The notes under the pieces were generated by a model. It saw only the letters and a list, made by a program, of their open reading frames with translations, was not told the DNA's origin and did not search any database. This document shows, one piece after another, positions 58,062-64,000 of a stretch of DNA of 64,000 bases (its first letter is position 1; each line of letters opens with the position of its first letter). The translations under genes and the position numbers were made by a program. Source of the DNA: Cenococcum geophilum (Eukaryota); assembly GCA_050273025.1 (NCBI GenBank), contig CP158636.1, positions 5,952,001-6,016,000 on the forward strand, in the 5' to 3' direction.

Positions 58062-60041
58062 TTTTCAGGAGATGCCTCCAGAATAACCCGTCTGGTCGCC
58101 TAAGCTAAGTCTCCGTCTCCTATCTCCAATCAACTTCGCGGTAGACCGAAACTCGCACATGAAGATATCAAAGCCTCATCTCCTCAGCTGTCTAGGATGG
58201 CGAGTTGTGATGTCGTTGACCGAATTCTAGGATCCCGGTGTCGATCCCCTATACCATCAAAATATCGCCCTTTCCAATATTACCACGCCAGAGTGTTGCG
58301 CAAATTTTGTCCTGGTGGTGGGAGGGTTTCTGGTTACTGTAGCCAGATTGGAGGATGCAGGCAGCCTGTGGGAAGGAATGAATCGGAGTGCGGCCAAGAA
58401 CTGGGCGGCGGGACTCCAGGCAGATCCACCAGAAATGGCTCGGGGACTGCAGCTAGGAAATAGGGCTATTCTAAGAATCGGATGACGCTTCTATTTTGGC
58501 GGACCAGGAAAACGGCCAGTAGGATGGTTGAAAGTCGGTGGTTGGAGGCCAGTCGCAAGGTGTCGAATCGTGGACGTCGCTTGCGCGTTTGGGGGGATGA
58601 GAGGATGGCTGGGTGCAGGACAAGTGTCGTGACAGAGATAGCTTGGTAGTGATACAACGGACAAGGATACAGAGGATGGAAGTCGATGCGGTGAGTGCAA
58701 CTGCGACTTGAGATTCGGGCCGTGTTCTGAAGGAGGAATCGACTTGGAGGCAGGTCCGGAGAGAGGAGACGGTCACGATGGGTGATGATCCAGGCTCGAT
58801 GCGACAAGGTTTCCAAGTGCCAAAGTGCCAAAGTGCTTGCAGAAGGGTGATGACGCCAATGAAAACAGGCCAATGAGGCGCCCTCGCAGCGCCGCGACAA
58901 TCTCCTTTCCCTGTGCTTTTTTCTATTTCTAACCGCTCTCGTTTTGCAGCTTCCCTATGTTCATCTGCATGCATCCACCATTTATCTGGATTCAAAGGGC
59001 CAAGGGCAGATGCCGCAACTGCGTCTGCAGTTTGCGACTCACCCTCCTGTACCCGCACACGCACACCGGTGAGAAGCCATGCCGTAGCGCCAGACGAGAA
59101 CTATCCGCCTCCGGTGTGCACTCTGCCTCAAACGCATCTCGAATATTCGATTTATTTTTTAATCCCATCACACGCCTAAGCTACTCCAAGGCCCAGGTGC
59201 GGCTGAAGTAACGACGGACCGCCTGCTTGTTTCGCAAGGCTAAGTCTGTTTCCGGGATTTGGGATTTTCAGGCACAGCGTCAAGGCAATGCATCAAATCC
59301 GTTCCACCGTTTTGTTATCTGATCTTTGCTTGCGCTTCTACTCTCGACGCCTTGGAATTATCCAATAATCTACACCGTGAATGAATAGATACCAAATGCT
59401 TCTTCAAAGTGTCTGGCAACATCTGTCAACGGGACAACTACTTGTCATAAAGTGCTGGAAACCAGCCAATACGCCCGGCGGAGTCGTTCGGGGAACGAAG
59501 ACATGGTTTTGGAGAGCCCCAAGATCTCCCCCCGCCCCATCTCAGCCGCATGTCCATACACTCTATGCACGCTTAATTAAGTACACTAAAGGTTTCATTC
59601 ATGCGCTCTTCCTTCGTATAGAGCATGTAGCTATCTTATCTAAGAAAAGAAATTAAGCAGGACAAAAGCCTGTTTCAAAACTTGCGCCAGGCCTTTAAAC
59701 AACTCGTTTCGCGGTCGAAAAAGTTACGCTCCCCAGTCTATCAGTCAAGTGCTAAGGAATCGCTACTTATTTCTACTATGATTCTACGGTAACGCGGGTA
59801 AACCGCGGTTTATCCCTATCGTACGACTCTCCAACACCCCTCTTCCAAATCGAACTCCTTCGCGCCGTGGACATATCTGCATGTCCACAAAAGAGATACA
59901 AGAAAAGGTAAGGAAATCAGGCCGTCAAAATAAAAAAGAAATATCTCATAGAGCCTACAGCCATCGGCTCGTTCCAGTAGGGTATAGCCCAAACCAATTC
60001 AATCCAGCATAAAAAGAAGACGAAAATGGAGAGGAAATCAT

Positions 60042-61108
60042 CTAATCCCTCATAGAAGCGTCCTCTCCCCTTGGATTCTTATCCTCGGTCAGCAACGACG
60101 CGATCGGTACGTTCTCCCGTGTAGAGGTAGATCCCCAGGTTGAGCTCCGGCTTAGGTTTCCTAGGCTTGGCGTCTGCACAGGCATGGGCAACATAAACTG
60201 CATACGGTCCGGCGCTGACACCGCACTGATGCCGTTAAGTGGGCTGAAGTTCTTGCTGGGTTCGGTAGCCGAGGCGGACGGGTAACCGAAAGGTGAGGGT
60301 TTAAGTACAGGGTGTGCCGTGATGCTACCATCCGGGGACACGTCGGGAGTAGGAGGTCTGGCAATGCTGGTGCCTTGACGCCATATTTCCTCAAGCTGAG
60401 AGGGAGAAACATCGGCGCCATAGTCGGCAGCGATAGCCGCCCAGAAGGAGGCACGACGTGCTTCATAGATAGCACGAAGGCGGTCCGTGTCTACGGTTTT
60501 GGGGTGTATATCAGTGGTATTGATGCGGAGGGCGTTTAGGGGTTCTGGCGAACCGCGAGGAGTCAAAGGCCGCGGCTTGGGTAGAAGGATCTTGTGTTGG
60601 TTGCGATTGGGAGAAGTGCTGAGAGCGTTGTTGCGACTGGTGGGGCTGCTATCATAGCTGACAGGCGTGCCGTGTCGGGATGCTTCGACAGTAGAGTAAT
60701 CATCGTGGTCCAGATGGACTGTATATTGAGAGCAGTTGGGGGACTGGCCTGCCGAGGCAGAGGAAGTGGAAGACGACACAGAGGCCGTTCGTTTTCGGCG
60801 GTGGCTTCCGTGAGACAGCTGGTGATAGTGAAGGCGGCAGGCCAACTCAGTCTTCTTAAGGTGTGCTGCAATATGCTTATAAGGCATCTTCTGCATGCGT
60901 GTTTGGAGCAGATAGTTTTCCTGTGAATTTTTACATTAGTATGATTGCAGTCATCCCAAAGCGAGGTTTGAATGCCACTCACCTCTTCCTCAGACCAAGA
61001 TCTGTTCCCACCGGTGGATGACATCTTACGAGCTCTGAGGCTTGATGAACTGTGACGGTCCATCTCATTGAGAGGAGAAAGGGATTGGGAAGCGCCGTGA
61101 TGAAGCAT
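60042..61108 (-). CDS. Myb/SANT-like DNA-binding domain protein, 2 exons
   Basis: NRSWSEEE|ENYLLQTRMQKMPYKHIAAHLKKTELACRLHYHQL; intron ~60923-60981 (GTGAGT..CTAAT..CAG); second helical motif FWAAIAADYG; start could be 61108 or 61024. Confidence 0.85.
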
Positions 61109-62669
61109 GGTGAGTTGAGAGCCAATTGATTGAAACTTTGAAATTGCGTTGCTTTGTCTTTGAGAGCGTATCAAATCGTGAGTGTTTTCCGTTCTACGGT
61201 AAGGGAATGTCCGAATTGATGCCGTGTACTGGTCCTGAAGGAATGGATTAAAAAACGTGTATGTACACACGATGGTGGTTATTGCTCAGCAATGTCAATG
61301 AAGGAATGTAAGACAGCCCAACCAGTGGGAAGTGAAAGAAAGTATTACAAGGCTGCTAAGAAGAAAAGGATTGGTGCTGATGGAACAATAGCGGAATGAT
61401 GTTCGAATGGTGGGACATGAGCGGATCTGATATAAGAGTTTGGTCCGGACAACAGACCGCTAGCTTTCCGTGTCAGCGGCATGGTTGATTGGAGTGGCAG
61501 GATTTGATGTTAGCAACGTTTTCAAACCTTCATCCTGCAAGCTAAGTTTTGATCGTCGCCATAGTGGTCGCTGGGCTCTGTGCGAATATGATTGGGAAAT
61601 CCACGATGCGACACACACCAAGCCGCATTGGGGTGGCGCGACGGTTTGGCTGAGATCTTGGCGTAGCGGCCGCTGGGGATCAGAGGCGGTACTGCATGAA
61701 TTCCAGCAACTCTTACGGTCATAGTGGAGGCAGTTTCAAAACTCAGTTGCTGGGAGGGTCAGACCGTGGCAGGAAGTGGTATGTGGCCCTCCTGATTGCT
61801 CGAAGCGAGCGATGTGTCAAACTACTATGAAGAGAAACAAGCCTTGCCGAAGCATTGCCTGAAGATGGGCGCTAACACGAAAGAGCCTGAAAAGACGGAG
61901 GGTAGCCGCGCACTATTAAGGTTATCTGAGACCTTATAACAGCCAATACTCCACAGCTTCCTGTTGGTTGTCGCTGTTGTGTTTACCATTGTTGGTTGTT
62001 ACTGAGAGAAGGCAGCGTTTAGGGCCGCTGCGGCGGTATACGAATTACACCAAAACCACAAAAAAATAATTTAGGGGTACTCAACAGCCCTGGCGACAAA
62101 CCAGACGAAACAGCGAAAACGACATGTCGGGACAAGGCAATGCCGTGTTTAGCAGCATACACAGCGAGTTCCTGCTTGTAGCACTTGGCAATCCGCTCAA
62201 ATCCTTACGTTGATGTTCGACACAGCGGCGGAGACTGCCTCAAACACGAGGCTTATGTCTGGGACGAAGATCGTGTCAAGGGTGCGCATAAACGCCCCCC
62301 TTCTTGGCGGGCGGGAAACAATACATCGGGGTTAAGAAGCCGCAAGCTTTACGCTTCATAAAGGAGAGGGCGGAGCCGTATACGGGAATTGTGCTTTGAT
62401 CCCCGCGCAGCGACGGCGATGCCGCAATAGCAACGGGCGCAAAATTTGTTGATAGCGTGAAGGTACACAGACTCGGGTTGCAGGCCTGGCTGTTTCAGAC
62501 GGCCGGAGGGCATGTGACCGGGAGATTTTTCTGCGGAGGGGAAAAGGACGACAATAAACGCATAATCTGCGAAGGAGCGGGCCTCATTCGCTGGTCAAAA
62601 AGAATATTTTGGGTGCTCAGGTGGTGTGGGAGTGTGTGGAGGTCAGCGATATGGGGGGAGGGACGGGGG

Positions 62670-62717
62670 AGGATGGCGAAGATGGCGAAAATGGCGAGGA
62701 TGGCGAGGATGGCGAGG
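62670..62717 (+). repeat. 9-bp tandem repeat GATGGCGA(A/G), ~5 copies
   Basis: Directly visible. Confidence 0.75.
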
Positions 62718-63709
62718 GATGACGAGGGCGGTGGAGGGATGTATGGAGCTTGTATGGAGCCTGTACGGAGCGCTCGAAGCGTGTATGGAGACTGGTAGTA
62801 TGGAAGGCGCATCAAGCACGAGCCAGCAGAACCACACACCCGCACAGAACAGCGGCGCAAGGACCACCAAGCACCACCGGCACTCTCGCGAGCTCAATTC
62901 AAACATCACTGCATGGCGACAGAAAAAGCACCGCCGACATCTGGGAAAGGGCTGCACGGGCAAATCCTCGCGGTGCAGGTCACCGTAAACATGACGGACG
63001 CAGCGAACCAGAGGGCGCGCGGCGCCGCGGTAGGCCAGCACCCATCGGGGCGTACTCCAGAATCCGATGTATGCATTCGATGCAACACTCGCATGAAGAT
63101 AGGCGCGTGACGGCGACTCGCTCTGCATTCCCCCCGCCCACCAGGACTTGTCCCGTAACCTAATTCACTCAGAGAACTAGGAGGAGGCTGCTACCCCGCT
63201 TCTCGTCTTCCAACCTGCCTGGTACCGCTGGTATCGCGACTTCACGCCACATAACCTCTCCCACCCGCCGCGAGGTAGCAGTACTCCCCAAGGCCGCTTT
63301 GCACGCTGCCCTAGCTGGCCCTTGGCTGATAGCTCCAATGACCCCCAGAAAGCCATCCTTGTCGCCTTCCACCACCCAATACCACCGAGCTCCCATTCGC
63401 TCGTCTGCCCGCGAACCTGACCCTCTTTGTATCCATGTACTTGATCAGCGTCTGCACCCGACTGAGGATCTGCCTACTTGAATATCATGATGATCTACCG
63501 CCTCCACGTTGGCGGCTTGTCACTTTGAATGAGCTTTGAACCTGCTTTGAGCATGAACCAGCGGCAGATGCAAACTCAGTAACAAGTGAAGCTACCCACT
63601 CACCCTCCAGGTCGTCCTCGCTTCCCGCCGCCCTCTCAGACGGCTGAACTGTCATGTCGTGAGTCAACCTCCAACCTCGACCGTGGCCTTAACACCTGCT
63701 CTGCGCCGA

Positions 63710-63755
63710 GTACTGAGCCGTGTACTGAGCCGTGTACTGAGTCGTGAACTGAGCT
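63710..63755 (+). repeat. 12-bp tandem repeat GTACTGAGCCGT, ~3-4 copies
   Basis: Directly visible. Confidence 0.7.
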
Positions 63756-64000
63756 TTCCTGAGCTTTCCACCATCTATCCCCAAGGCGCTGACGTAGTGC
63801 TCGCTGTTTCACAGGTCGTCGCCCGCCGCCTCGAAGCGCAATCTGAAACCCACGCCTATCTCCGCTTCACCTTCACAGCTAAACACGCTCTCGACCGAGA
63901 CTCCTTCCCTATTGAGCAATCCCACGTTTGGGACGTTTGCTCCTCCCGCAGCTTCAGCGAATCCCAGAAAGCGGAAGCCGTCAAGAGACGAAATGAGTAC

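Noticed and set aside
59788..59890. Small hairpins GGGTAAACCGCGGTTTATCC and GTGGACAT..ATGTCCAC downstream of the Myb-like gene
   Set aside because: Short enough to arise by chance; no supporting context.
61300..64000. Short ORFs upstream of the Myb-like gene
   Set aside because: Overlapping in many frames, low complexity and no domain signal; more likely promoter/UTR sequence.

Overview
Eukaryotic (filamentous ascomycete) genomic DNA with spliceosomal introns, in three zones. (1) 1-18830: an AT-rich block mutated by repeat-induced point mutation (RIP). It resolves into three nested chromodomain-bearing Ty3/Gypsy LTR retrotransposons (C 8070-14258 inside B 3636-16384 inside A <1-18590). LTR pairs and polypurine tracts are readable for all three, and target-site duplications for B and C. 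A itself probably sits in the end of a hAT-like DNA transposon. Element B carries an extra four-exon antisense gene for a Cys6 zinc-cluster-like protein with an acidic tail. All three elements show a self-priming PBS signature. (2) ~18.8-36.5 kb: an accessory zone. It holds a cytochrome P450 pseudogene, a divergent FMO / TauD-family dioxygenase pair with a perfect CYS-3-type site between them, a PD-(D/E)XK nuclease-like gene, a salicylate-hydroxylase-like monooxygenase and an SDR. It also holds a 1.67-kb non-coding element with a 9-bp TSD, compound hairpin-containing termini and internal tandem arrays. (3) ~37-64 kb: mostly conserved genes (Nbp2-like SH3 protein, Ssu72, two large uncharacterised proteins, a Myb-like factor) plus an ankyrin-repeat / CorA-like-TM gene. 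All calls come from reading the sequence by eye; no database searches were run.
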